Shown: positions 40,401 to 54,700 of the stretch, piece by piece
Position numbering within the stretch: position 1 is the first letter of the stretch
How the letters are laid out: the number at the start of each line of letters is the position of its first letter
Assembly: GCA_965153355.1 (NCBI GenBank)
Contig: OZ231126.1
Coordinates: 8,742,001 to 8,806,000 of the forward strand
From: Flaccisagitta enflata
Taxonomy: Eukaryota
Direction of reading: 5' to 3'
Length of the DNA stretch: 64,000 nucleotides
Translations under genes and position numbers: made by a program
The notes under the pieces: model-generated
What the model was told of the DNA's origin: nothing
What the model saw: the letters and a program-made list of their open reading frames with translations, nothing else
Databases searched by the model: none

Positions 40401-42697
40401 CGACGTCACTTATACAAAGTCATATAAATAAACGATAGGGGATGAGTTAATCAATCTCCAATGAGCGATTAATTCCGTATAAGTCAAATATTGGTCATGT
40501 TTACATGACTTTTTTCTCCTGTCTATTTATAGCTCGATTTCAAAATGATATCTTAATTGCATTGGAGGGTCAATCGAGAAGAGTCGCAATTGGGCAGATA
40601 TACGGGTCCGGAATTTCTCGTACACATGTGATACTGATGCACCTACACAGTCAGAGGACAAAACAAAATGGGTATATATATCATGCCATTAGCTTTTCTA
40701 TAACTTACTAATAATAAAAAAAATTATGTATGCATTAACTGGTATTTGAAACTACAGCCGGCTGTAATGTTACATGATTAGAGCAATACAACTAATCATT
40801 GCAAACAACATTTTGTTTAATACAGTCAGCCGTAATTTCAGGTTTTGTCCGCTGACTGTACAGCGTGTTTCCACTAATGGCAGCAATCGCGATCTTTCCC
40901 GAGAGAGAGAACGAGCCAGTGAATGGAGCGAGCAAGTGGAGCGAGCGAGTACGTAAATGAAGCAAGCAAGAGGAGCAAGCAAAAATGGGAATGGAGCGAG
41001 CAAGAGGAGCGAGCTGTCAAAGCAGTGTGCCGCAGAACAAGTTGAAGGAGTAAGCGGAGTGAGCGAACAAACGTGGCGAGTGACCAAATAGCCCGTTAGA
41101 AACACTTTTATTTTGTGACTAGAAACGCACGCCCTAGTCAAAGCATACGGTTCACGTGACATAGTCGTAGAGATAGAGAGCCAGAGAACATCCGGAGTAA
41201 GCTTTTCATAACAACGCGACTCTCCTTGCCTCTTAATGTCGAAATACACGAGAAGAAGCCGGAATTATGATCTGCTATCGATTGCCTTAAATATCGCGAA
41301 TCTTGATTTTATCAACACTTTGTTTAAACGCGTTTTTACGGATTCTCTGAACTATTTTCTCCCTTTTTTGGTCGCGTGCACGCGACTATAACCCGCTATG
41401 TTGGTTGGTCGGTCGGTCCATCGGTCCGTCCGTCATCGTTAGCTTTTTGGCATTTAGGGGCGGTTTTTGCCCTGTTGCCCCTGCCCAAATGCTTTGGTCA
41501 GTATTTTTTATCATTGCCCTTGCCCAACTACACGCGACTTCGGTAGCCGTGCATACTGCCTTGTCTTTCTCTTTTTTTTACTTTCACGAAATGAAAAAGA
41601 AAACAATACAACATCGCGTATTGTAATGAATGATCAATCGGGTGTCCGATTGTCATTTCATGGATACAGTGTTACTAATAACATCATTCTCTAAGTCACG
41701 ACTCCATCAGCCACTTTTCGGTCCACCCGTCCGTCCCTCCGTCCCTCCGACCGTCCATCTATCTGTCTGTCCGTCACTTTTGTTATTTTTTGCGCCGCCA
41801 CTTCCGTCAATCTGTTTGAGTAGCATCTTGTCTAAATAACATGTCCCTGTCCACCTGCAGGCGACTATGGTTGCCGTGTATCCGTTCTCGGTTTTTTTTA
41901 TGAATGTAATTTCATTGCTGTTTTTCGTCTTAAACCAATCGCACAGAGTGACGGAAACGATGGCAGCCGCTGAAAGAGAGAATCTGCACGGGTTTTGCTC
42001 AAATTACTAATAAATTTTCGATCTGCAGTGATCTACTGCGTAAATCTTTATGTGGAAAAACCCCATAGCTACGCTTTAAAAAGATTGATGAGTATTTACC
42101 GTCGTTGGTTGTGACCCACTGACGAATAATTGCTTGATGCGTCATTCACTGACACCACATCAGTATGATCCATCTCGACTGAAACATTTTATGATGGCAC
42201 AACTCAAAAAATTTAGATTTAGATTTAGATTTAGATATGTTTAGCCTAAGGAAAACTTTTAGAAAAAAGTCTTATAGAAAGGCCGTCATAGTCATTTAGC
42301 ACAGCACAGCAAAGCAACACAGCACATCCGTGAACTATGGATTTTCATATTTGAAGATAAGCCGTTTTTTGCCCCTGCTTCCCACGATTTTCCAAACCCC
42401 ATTTTCAGAGTTTTCTTCATTTTTTTGCTTTTGCTCCTCAAGCAGTTTTTGATAATCATATTCTGAAAAAAAAGTTTCAAATGTGTAATAGTTTGGCATT
42501 TTATGATGATAAATGCCCTGGAGTAATCTGATTTCCTAACTAGGTAAAGGACCAAGAATCATGCTTTGTAATGCAAACCATTTTGTCACTTTATCATTAA
42601 ACAATTTTTTTTGAAATTGCTTTCATTTCGAAACAGTTTTTTGCTTTTGATATGAGATAGGTCTCAAGTATTCAATTCATTGATGAAGTTAATCGTG

Positions 42698-43508
42698 AAA
42701 AAAGTCGAAGTCAGTCTTCGACTCTTTGACATATTCGAGAAAAACAGGGTTTTCATTTTCTTATGGGAAAGTTGAGAATCTCCATTGAGCGATTGCAACC
42801 TTGGACAAAATTGATAGGGTAAATAAAATTAATAATTCTCTTTCATTTTGCACCAAGCAGAATGCTCTATGACAAATGTTTTTCGCTTTATGATTTACAA
42901 AAATTGCAAATGGATTTTTTTTTGATTTTTTATGATTTTAAGTAAGATCAATAGAGGAGTGTATTTATGTTTGTTTAAGCATGCAAATACAAGAGAAATT
43001 GTTTATGAGCATAGCTGCTCATCTGTGAGGCTGTTTTGGAGGATTCTAGCTCATTTAGCTCATTTAACTCAGTTTTGTTTTTTTATTTTAAATGTGATAA
43101 ACGAATTATTATTTTGATACATGTTTAAGAAAGCGGATATAAAAAGCATAACAGTGAGCATAACTGCTTATTTGTGATGGTGTTTTTAGGCATTTTAGCT
43201 CACTTAGCTCATTTAGCTCAGTTTTTTTTTCTGATTTTTAATGGGATGAATAAATGTTTTGATGAGAGCATGTGAACACAAGAAAGCATGTTAGTGAACA
43301 TAGCTGGTTGTCTGGTTGAGTGATTTTGAGCGTCTTAGCTCATCTAGCTCATTTGGCTCAATCCTATTTTTCTCTGATTTTCATTGCAATCAATACATAC
43401 AATTGCTCTTGATTTGATCTAACAGAAAAATAGATTTGCAGTGACTAAAGATAAAAGCTTGGTGAAAAGTGACTTTTTTCCTCACAGCAACAGCCGCCAT
43501 TACTGGTA
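42698..43508 (+). repeat. Dispersed ~820-bp repeat, copy 2
   Basis: Colinear with 26259-27088. Confidence 0.8.
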
Positions 43509-44429
43509 GTTTAAGTTTGAAAAAATCGCAATTGAATGTAGTTTACTGAAAAAAGAGAAAAAGATGACCTTTTAAGCACAAATTGTCATTTTTTAATTGA
43601 GTGTAAAAAGTATCAAACTTGGTAGAAAAGTTTGGCAATTTTTTTTTTATGCCAATCTAGCATCGTTCATATGTTTTTTTTTTTTAAATCAAATTATCTT
43701 TATCATTCGTTGAGCAGTGCCATTATGAACTGTTGCAGTGGATATGGATTCTATTGTATAAAAAACAACAGAACGGGTTTCACCCTCGATGAATAGCGAT
43801 GGAGCGATGGACAAGTTTGAATTAGTCAGTCAGTCAGTCAGCGATGGGCGCCTCTGCGAGAGTTGTCCCCAATGAGTCTGCAACGCAAAGAAATATGATT
43901 ACATCCCGTATGACGGACCTAGGAGTAGTGCCAATCCGCTGATAAGATATGCAGAGAAAAGGTAAATACAAGGTGAGAACCGCCTGAAAACTGTGGCACC
44001 CCAACTTACAGCCTTTACCAATTACATTGTGAAAACTTTTGAGGTAAAAAAAGAATGTTTATGTCAATAGGTACAAGTGGCGCCACTAGAGCAATTCTTT
44101 TTTAAAGTGCATTTTGCACTATAATTTGAAACTGGAGTGGAGATTACAAAATCGCCACCAGGAACCACTTTAGTGTCCTAAGCTTTGATTTGCAACGCAA
44201 AGTAAACTATTTATTGCTATAGTCTAATTTGTGAGGGAGGTGCTATAATTTTAGGGGGGGTTCACACCTTGTATTGCCCCTTCTGTAATTTCCTCTTATT
44301 TCTTTTATTGGCCATGACATATCTCCATCAATACAGTCAGTGGTCAAACCACCATTTGTGCACATATCACATGGTTGATATTAATCCAACGCTTAGATAA
44401 ACAATCCATGTGTAATTTTTTCTTATATA

Positions 44430-45419
44430 CAGGGTGTACCCTTTCTTTTGACCAATTAAGAATCGACATAGCTTTTCTCCTAGAAAAGTTAATCCAATTA
44501 TGAATAAAGGTCTGAATAGATCTTGAAGTGCAGTTTTTTTATGTCACCAATTTCTTGTATTTGCGTTTTTTAGCTTGGGAGCTACGGGAGTTTAAAGTAA
44601 ACAACTTTATTCAATCAACTAACCATTGTAAAAAAAAATGGACACTTTCTTAAAACTAATTTCTGTTTAACTATGAGCCTGAATTACAGAAAATCCATGA
44701 CTGTTTAAAAGCTCCGCAAATAATCTTCAAAATGTGATGTTGCTGGACATTGTAGCTTCATTCATTTAGAAATGGCAAAGGATTAAAGAAAAAAATCACA
44801 GATTGAAAAAAATGCTCATTTAAATCCTTTCCAATGAGAAATTTTACTCTTTTTGTTTTTGTCAATTACGCAACTCAGGATTGTCTTAGCTACTCGATAT
44901 CCATGAGCAAATTAAAGAGCTTTGTATTTCCTTTAGAATGGAGCCAAGAACAAATTTCTAACTCAATCCCTTCAATTTTTAGGTTACAATAAAGATAACC
45001 CATGAAATTCAGGTTGTACTGAAGTTCCAAATTCATGACCACTCGTCTTCATTCTTCTGCCATTTCTAAACGGATAGAGATAGGACAACCAGCAAGGTCT
45101 CATTTGAAAGATTTTTCACAGAGCTTCAAAATGGTCATGGATTTTTCTATGTTTTTCTCATTGCGTGGATGTGAAACACTAACAAACAAGCGGTTTGCTT
45201 CTTTTTTTTGCCATAGATATCCTGATTAAAAATGCAGGCTAGATATGGTTGTTTTCTTCAAACTTACATAGTGGGCATATTTGAAAGCGCAGATATAAAA
45301 AATTGGTGACATAAAAAAACTGCACTTCAAGATCTATTCAGACCTTTTTTCAGAATTGGATTAGCTTTTCTAGGAAAAAAGCTATGTCGATTCTTAATCG
45401 GTCAAAAGAAAGGGTACTG
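44430..45419. mobile_element. Tc1/mariner-type foldback element
   Basis: TA|CAGGGTGTACCCTTTCTTTTGACC... has a ~120-bp inverted copy at about 45299-45419, with the right tip partly deleted. A further inverted match lies at about 44690-44780 vs 45055-45146. Confidence 0.85.
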
Positions 45420-46400
45420 TGCTATGATGAAATTCGGCATTGATAATTTTATGTAAAATGATAAAGTATGAAGTGTCAAACTTTACCGCACTGTCACCGC
45501 AAATGAACTTCTCAATGCTTACATTTGCGTTTGGGTAGAAAGGAGCAGTGGTGCAGTAACCACGTTGGTCATTGTCAGTGATGCACAAAATTCCAGGTAT
45601 TTTGCCCATTCCAACACACATATTAACAAAGATTTCTCATTGGAAAATGATCTAGGACAAAATCTATGTTGTTCATCAAATGATGCATTCACATTGTTGC
45701 TTCCAATAATGGAAACAACAAGTAACGTGGGGTTACAATATCGTCGCGGACGGGTGGGCAAGGGTTTGCAACCCCCCTCCACAACCCCCTCCCCCCCTTA
45801 AAACATGCCGACTTGAGGGCGAAATGTGTGTTTCTTCACTTTTTGACTTGTGTATTATGGATGGACCAAGGGACTGACTGTCAGTCGAAATTTTTGGGGC
45901 AGCAAGCCAAAATCTGTGTCCCAACGAGTCTTGTGTCACAATGATTTTTCTATTACCTATGGCTATGTAGGAAATTATGCAACTAATATTACTAATCAGT
46001 ATTCCTTTTTGTTATAATCATTGTATCATCATACAGTGTAAAATGTTTACTAGTCAAAGCATAAACAAGCCAAAGGATGATGTTTTGTCATATGATGTGA
46101 AGCATAGCTATTGCCCAAAATTTTGCCACATTTGGAGCATTGTACTTCTCGCCTCTTGGGGTAAAGCAAAAATGTTTTCTATGAGGCATTTTTAAAGAGA
46201 ATTTCGATTTTTTGGTGAGAAAGAGAAAAGAGAAAATGGGATTAATTGGAAGGACCAAAAGGACGGTATGGATGGTGAAAACTTGGAAATGAGAAATGAT
46301 TCAGATCGATTTGGTTGATGAAGAAGGTCGAGGGCATCAACCTAGACGACCGAATGAATGGCTGAGGGGATGAAAAAACCCTTTTTTAGTTTTTTATTTC

Positions 46401-46511
<111 letters not shown>

Positions 46512-47719
46512 GTGTCCCAATGGAATTTGTGCCCCAATAAAAAGGGCAGCAATTGCCGCCCCTGACGCCCCATCAAATACGCCCATTGATCACTGACAGA
46601 TCAATGAACCAATGGACAACTGGCAGATCAATGAACCAATAAACGGGTGGTCAAAGCCTTTGGTAGAGTCATGTTTCCATGACTAAAAACTAGTTATGGT
46701 AAGCTTCATTAATCCTTATTGTCTTACGAACTTATTAGATTTTGTCCAGGATCATTTTCCAATGAGAGATCATCATTTTTCACAGAGTGAAAGATAGAAA
46801 AAAAAACTTGAAGAAGAGCCTCCCAAGATAAAACAATTTTCAGTCCTACCTACTGACTAACCGATAGACTGACCAATAAATGACTAACATAGCGAGTTAG
46901 GTATTGATTCGCATGCATGCAACTAAAGATGTGGAATAGGTATTATTCCCAACAAGGTTGAAAATTTCTCTACACCATCCACTGTATGCCAATATCCACT
47001 GTATACCAATATGTTGCTCATTCAGATTAAGGGTTTGTCAGTTGGTGAGTCTTTCAGTTTGCAGCTGCTCTTGAGATTATTCTTTAACTGCATGTGACAC
47101 TCGGGTGTGTCAAAATTTAAAAAACTTTTTTGATCAGATCGTCATCATCAAGGAGTGTTGGGACATTAATTCTAAGGTACTTACCATTTTTGTTTTTCTT
47201 AATTTCATTCATCTTCCGTTTTTTCAAATCTCCATTTAGCCCCTAATTTGTATATTGTAGTGCAGCTGGTTTTGCACCGGGATTCTAGATCATAAGAATA
47301 AAAATCAGAACCCATTTTTTATCTTATTCTTTAATCTAAAAACAATTGGTCAAAATATTTTATTTTTCATAAGAAGGAATAGTAACAAAAAAAACCATAA
47401 TTTTTTGAATGATATATCAGTCTCATTTTCAACAAAACTGGGTAGAGTCGCTAAAAGTATATATATTTTTGACAATCTTTACTCGCGCTGAAAAAACGGA
47501 AGATGATTGAAATTGAAAAAAATAAAGATGGTAAGTGTCTTGTAATTAGTGTTCTCACACTCCCTGATGATGATGAGCTGATCAAAAGACCTTTTATATA
47601 TTGACACACCCGAATGTGACACGCAACTCTATAAAGTGCTTTTCCTGTCCATCCATTGGTCTGTCTGTCCATAGGTACGTCCAATGGTTGGAAAAGTGGG
47701 AAATCAAGCATTTTGGATG

Positions 47720-48500
47720 CTTTTTGGGCAGCGACCCCAAAGGGGACAAAGTCCTGTGGAGGGGGAATCTGTCTGTCCGTACATACATCTGTACATACAT
47801 AAGTCCATATGTCCGTCCCCCCGCCCCATCCTCAAGGCTCTATCTCCTTTGGGGCCTATTTTGACTCAGATTCTGCCAAATAGCCCAAATCCAAGCAATA
47901 TGGCCCAAATCTAAGCAAAATGGCCCAAATCCAAGTACAATGGCCCAAATCCAAGCAAAATGGCCCAAATCTGGCCCAAGGTACATTGTTTTGGCCCCTT
48001 AGATCTATAAAGTGGCCTGCGATACCTAGATTCTTACCAGATCTGGGCCAATTTGCTTGGATTTGGGCCATTATGCTTAGATTTGGGCCATTATGCTTGG
48101 ATTTGGGCCATTTTGCCTAGATTTGGACCATCTTGCTTGACTTTGGGCAATATGGCAGAATTTGGGTCAGAATAGGCCCCAAAGGAGACAAAGCCTTGAG
48201 GATAGGGTGGGGCGACGAACGGACAGATGGAAGGATGGACAGATGGACAAACGGATGGATGGATGGATGGACAGATGGATGGACGGATGGACAGACGGAT
48301 GGATGGACGGACGGATGGATGGAAGGATGGATGGACAGTTGGATGGACGGACGGATGGACTGACAGATGGACAGATTCCCCCTTTGTTCTACAGGATTTT
48401 GTCCCCTTTAAGGCCGCTGCCCTGCTCGCCCTCAACTTAAATCACACACTACTCAAGCAGGGCATGGGTACTGCTGACCACTTACTGCCTTTGGGCTGCT
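47720..48500 (+). mobile_element. Family B element with internally palindromic 20-bp array
   Basis: (tggcccaaatccaagcaaaa)n at about 47880-47980 is mirrored by (ttgcttggatttgggcca)n at about 48040-48150, between family B subterminal repeats. Confidence 0.7.
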
Positions 48501-48758
48501 ACTGGGTATGTATGTTGGTAAGTGGGGGGCTGTGCAGTGTGCACCATGGCTGGGGGTTGGATGCCCCTGCCCACCCATCCACAATGATGCTGTGACCCTG
48601 CGTCACTTGCTGCTTATATTGCTGATGTTGAAAATTGCTCACAATAACCAACCAACTTTTATATTGTGTGTTTGTAACGATTTTCAGATCAATAAAACAC
48701 AGACAATCTTCCCCAAAAAAGGGGTGCCCACAACAATCTTAGTAATTTTACTACTGAC

Positions 48759-51700
48759 ATGGATCCATCAAAACAAACAAAAGTTTTGAATGAGGAGAGG
48801 ACTTGCACTAATGCTTCATTGGACAATACCAAAGAAACACTCAAAACAAATGTGATTGTCCATGATTTGCCATCTTTCAGTGACATATCTCTGAGTAAAA
48901 ACACTTTGTCAAACATTTTGCTAGATCCTCAAAAAGAAAAAGAAAGAATCACTGGAATATCTCCAGATGGCTCCAAAGCCTCTCATGATAGGATTGATGC
49001 TAAACAAGAGATAACTCCCCATTTGATATCTAATAGCATAGAAAACCCATTGGTGGTGAAAAAAGGTGATAGAGATAAAGGACTGGCCAACAACAACCTC
49101 TCGTCAATTGATGTAAAAAGTAAGTCTAGTAAGTCATATGGAAGTGCATCCAATGATTTCTCTGCTCATTCCATCAAATCCAGTGTTGAGAATATTCTTC
49201 CAAAACAACAAGCTGAGACAAAATCAGTTACTACAAAGCAAAGCCAATTGTCAAACATAACTGATGAAAAAACAACTAAAATCCCTAATTCTGATGATAA
49301 AACAAGAGATCATATTTTTGATAGTAAACCAGCAACAAAACCTTCATCAAATATTGCATCGAGAGATACTGGCGCAAAGGTTGATATCACTGAGAAGAAA
49401 GAAAGGAATGAAGTTCATCCAGAATCAAAGGGCAAACCAACTAACATGGATCAAACAAGGAAGTTATCCACAGAAGCAGTGTCATTGACCAATTTGCCAC
49501 ACAGCAGTGCATCTGTCAATAAGGATGCTGACCATGGCATGCTGTTGACAAAGAAAAACTCATCAGTAACGTCAAAAGAAGCCCCTCTTTCTATGAATAG
49601 CAAAAATTCAGAAAAGACAAAGGAAGAAAAACCATCTTCATCACCAATCATGAAAACAGACACAGGGGCTGAATTGCATGTTGAAAAAAAGCTTGCTCCA
49701 AACTCTTTAGCTCAAACAGGGAAACAATCCAGCGCTCTAACATCCTTAATTACTGCACATGGTAACAATAAAGATGCAACTAAACTGCATGAAGGACCTA
49801 TCAAATCAATTAGTGATACAAAATCAATGCAGAGTGTAACTATACCAAAGGTAGATGATACTGAGAAAAAGGAAAGCAAGGAGGTAAATCAAGGATCAAA
49901 AGGAAAACCAGCTCCTAAAGATGAAACTATAAAGGTAACTACAGAGGCTGTATTGTCAACCAATATGCCACCCAGCAGTGCATCAGTCAAAATTGATGGT
50001 GCCCCTGGATTGATGATGAAAATGAAAAACTCATCTGAAACTCCAAAAGAAGCCCAACCTTCTGTAAGTGGTAAAATTACAGAAAAGTCAAAAGAAGAAA
50101 AAACATCAACAGCACCAAAGATTACAACAAACACATCTAAACCTGGATTGAATGTTGAAAACAACCTAGGTGAAGTTTCAAATGTGTTGAAAAATGAGGG
50201 TCATGAAACTGTAAACAGTCTTGACAAAAGGCCAAAAGCAGAGGCCACTACCTCTGTAACATCATCCACTAACAAACCAAGCCAAACAAAAACTGGATCT
50301 TCTCTAAAAGAAAAGAACAAAACAGTCAGTAATGATCCTCCCTTGCCCTCCCTGACTGCTGACATTGACTTTAATTCCATTGATGATCCTTTCAAGCCCA
50401 GGAGGTCTTTGAAAATGGGTAATCCAAATGATCCTGTTGTCTTACAACCCCAGGCTGATAGTGATGCCAAAGATGATCCAGTTATGATAAAAAAGGAGAG
50501 GGAAATGGGGTCTGATAGTAAAGCTCTCAATGTGTTGAAAATTGAGGGTCATGACACGGTAAACAGTCATGACAAAAAGCCCAAAGCAGAGGCCGCTACA
50601 TCTGTAACATCATCCACTAACAAACCAAGCCAAACTAAAATTGTCAAATCAGTTAGTGATACAAAATCATTGCAGGGTGCAACAGTACCAAAGGTAGATA
50701 TTACCGAGAAAAACGAAAGCAAGGTGGTAAATCAAGGATCAAAAGGAAAACCAGATCCTAAAGATCAAACGACAAAGCTATCCACAGAGGCAGTACTTTC
50801 AACCAACTTGCCACCCAGCAGATCATCAGTCAAAATTGATAGTGCTCCTGACTTGATGAAAAAGAAAAACTCATCAGAAACTCTTAAGGAAGCCCTACCT
50901 TCTGTAAGTGGTAGAATTACAGAAAAGTCAAAAGAAGAAAGACCATCATCAGCACAAAAGATTACAACAGACACATCTAAACCTGGATTGAATGTTGAAA
51001 ACAAGCTAGGTGAAGTTTCAAATGTGTTGAAAAATGAGGGTCATGAAACTGTAATCAGTCTTGACAAAAGGCCCAATGCAGAGGCCACTACCTCTGTAAC
51101 ATCATCCACTAACAAACCAAGCCAAACAAAAACTGGATCTTCTCTAAAAGAAAAGAAAAAAACAGTCAGTAATGATCCTCCCTTGCCCTCCCTGACTGCT
51201 GACATTGACTTTAATTCCATTGATGATCCTTTCAAGCCCAGGAGGTCTTTGAAAATGGGTAATCCAAATGATCCTGTTGTCTTACAACCCCAGGCTGATA
51301 GTGATGCCAAAGATGATCCAGTTATGATAAAAAAGGAGAGGGAAATGGGGTCTGATAGTAAAGCTCTCAATGTGTTGAAAATTGAGGGTCATGAAACGGT
51401 AAACAGTCATGACAAAAAGCCCAAAGCAGAGGCCGCTACATCTGTAACATCATCCACTAACAAACCAAGCCAAACTAAAATTGTCAAATCAGTAAGTGAT
51501 ACAAAATCATTGCAGGGTACAACTGTACCAAAGGTAGATATTACCGAGAAAAACGAAAGCAAGGTGGTAAATCAAGGATCAAAAGGAAAACCAGATCCTA
51601 AAGATCAAATGACAAAGCTATCCACAGAGGCAGTACTTTCAACCAACTTGCTACCCAGCAGATCATCAGTCAAAATTGATAGTGCTCCTGACTTGATGAA

Positions 51701-54700
51701 AAAGAAAAACTCATCTGAAACTCTAAAGGAAGCCCTATCTTCTGTAAGTGGTAGAATTACAGAAAAGTCAAAAGAAGAAAGACCATCATCAGCACAAAAG
51801 ATTACAACAGACACATCTAAACCTGGATTGAATGTTGAAAACAAGCTAGGTGAAGTTTCAAATGTGTTGAAAAATGAGGGTCATGAAACTGTAAACAGTC
51901 TTGACAAAAGGCCCAACGCAGAGGCCACTACTTCTCTAACATCATCCACTAACAAACCAAGTCAAACAACAACTGGATCTTCCCTAAAGGAAAAGAAAAA
52001 AATAGTCAGTAATGATCCTCCCTTGCCCTCCCTGACTGCCGACATTGACTTTGGTGCCATTGATGATCCTTTCAAGCCCAGGAGGTCTTTGAAAATGGGT
52101 AATCCAAATGATCCTGTTGTCTTACAACCCCAGGCTGATAGTGATGCCAAAGATGATCCAGTTATGATAAAAAAGGAGAGGGAAATGGGGTCTGATAGTA
52201 AAGCTCTCAATGTGTTGAAAATTGAGGGTCATGACACGGTAAACAGTCATGACAAAAAGCCCAAAGCAGAGGCCGCTACATCTGTAACATCATCCACTAA
52301 CAAACCAAGCCAAACTAAAATTGTCAAATCAGTTAGTGATACAAAATCATTGCAGGGTGCAACAGTACCAAAGGTAGATATTACCGAGAAAAACGAAAGC
52401 AAGGTGGTAAATCAAGGATCAAAAGGAAAACCAGATCCTAAAGATCAAACGACAAAGCTATCCACAGAGGCAGTACTTTCAACCAACTTGCCACCCAGCA
52501 GATCATCAGTCAAAATTGATAGTGCTCCTGACTTGATGAAAAAGAAAAACTCATCAGAAACTCTTAAGGAAGCCCTACCTTCTGTAAGTGGTAGAATTAC
52601 AGAAAAGTCAAAAGAAGAAAGACCATCATCAGCACAAAAGATTACAACAGACACATCTAAACCTGGATTGAATGTTGAAAACAAGCTAGGTGAAGTTTCA
52701 AATGTGTTGAAAAATGAGGGTCATGAAACTGTAATCAGTCTTGACAAAAGGCCCAATGCAGAGGCCACTACCTCTGTAACATCATCCACTAACAAACCAA
52801 GCCAAACAAAAACTGGATCTTCTCTAAAAGAAAAGAAAAAAACAGTCAGTAATGATCCTCCCTTGCCCTCCCTGACTGCTGACATTGACTTTAATTCCAT
52901 TGATGATCCTTTCAAGCCCAGGAGGTCTTTGAAAATGGGTAATCCAAATGATCCTGTTGTCTTACAACCCCAGGCTGATAGTGATGCCAAAGATGATCCA
53001 GTTATGATAAAAAAGGAGAGGGAAATGGGGTCTGATAGTAAAGCTCTCAATGTGTTGAAAATTGAGGGTCATGAAACGGTAAACAGTCATGACAAAAAGC
53101 CCAAAGCAGAGGCCGCTACATCTGTAACATCATCCACTAACAAACCAAGCCAAACTAAAATTGTCAAATCAGTAAGTGATACAAAATCATTGCAGGGTAC
53201 AACTGTACCAAAGGTAGATATTACCGAGAAAAACGAAAGCAAGGTGGTAAATCAAGGATCAAAAGGAAAACCAGATCCTAAAGATCAAATGACAAAGCTA
53301 TCCACAGAGGCAGTACTTTCAACCAACTTGCTACCCAGCAGATCATCAGTCAAAATTGATAGTGCTCCTGACTTGATGAAAAAGAAAAACTCATCTGAAA
53401 CTCTAAAGGAAGCCCTACCTTCTGTAAGTGGTAGAATTACAGAAAAGTCAAAAGAAGAAAGACCATCATCAGCACAAAAGATTACAACAGACACATCTAA
53501 ACCTGGATTGAATGTTGAAAACAAGCTAGGTGAAGTTTCAAATGTGTTGAAAAATGAGGGTCATGAAACTGTAAACAGTCTTGACAAAAGGCCCAACGCA
53601 GAGGCCACTACTTCTCTAACATCATCCACTAACAAACCAAGTCAAACAACAACTGGATCTTCCCTAAAGGAAAAGAAAAAAATAGTCAGTAATGATCCTC
53701 CCTTGCCCTCCCTGACTGCCGACATTGACTTTGGTGCCATTGATGATCCTTTCAAGCCCAGGAGGTCTTTGAAAATGGGTAATCCAAATGATCCTGTTGT
53801 CTTACAACCCCAGGCCGATAGAGATTCCCAAGATCATTCAGTAATGACCAGAAAGGAGATGGAAATAAGGTCTGATAGTAAAGCTCCCAATGTGTTGAAA
53901 ATTGAGGGTCATGATACCATAAACAGTCATGACAAAAAGCCAAAAGCAGAGGCCGCTATGTCTGTAACATCATCCACTAACAAACCAAGCCAAACAAAAA
54001 CTATTAAATCAGTTAGCAATACAAAATCATTGCAGGGTGCAATTAAATCAAAGGTAGATATTACTGAGAAAAAGGAAAGCACGGAGGTCAATCAAGGATC
54101 AAAAGGAAAACCAGATCGTAAAGATCAAACTGCAAAGCTATCCACAGAGGCAGTACTGTCAATCAACTTGCCACCCAGAAGTGCATCAGTCGAAATTGAT
54201 GGTGCCCCTGACTTGATGAAAAAGAAAAACTCATCTGAAACTCCAAAAGAAGCCCTACCTTCTGTAAGTAGTAAAGTTACAGAAAAGTCAAAAGAAGAAA
54301 AACCATCATCAGCACCAAAGATTACAATAGACACATCTAAACCTGGATTGAATGTTGAAAACAAGCTAGGTGCAAATTCTCTAACTCAAAAAGAGAAACA
54401 AACCAGCTCTACCACATCCCCAACTACTGTGGGTAGCATTGCAAAAGAAAAAACTCAAATAGGTGAGGGAACTGTAATAACAATTAATGATACAAAATTA
54501 ATGCAGAGTAAAGCATCAAAGGATATTGCAACTATACCAAAGGTTGATGTTACTGAGAAGAAGGAAAGTAAGAAGGTAAACCAAGGATCAAAAGGTGAAC
54601 CAGCTACCAAAGATCAAACTATAGAATTATCCACAGAGGCAGTGTTGTCAACCAACTTGCCACCCAGCAGCACATCAGTTAAAATTGATGGTGCCCCTGA

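Noticed and set aside
42190-43727. Short inverted match (atgatggcacaactcaa / ttgagcagtgccattat) as the TIRs of a 1.5-kb element
   Set aside because: Only about 17 bp with mismatches and no TSD, which is insufficient.
45420-45720. Possible exon or transposase remnant
   Set aside because: Several short frames on both strands, none with a recognisable domain.
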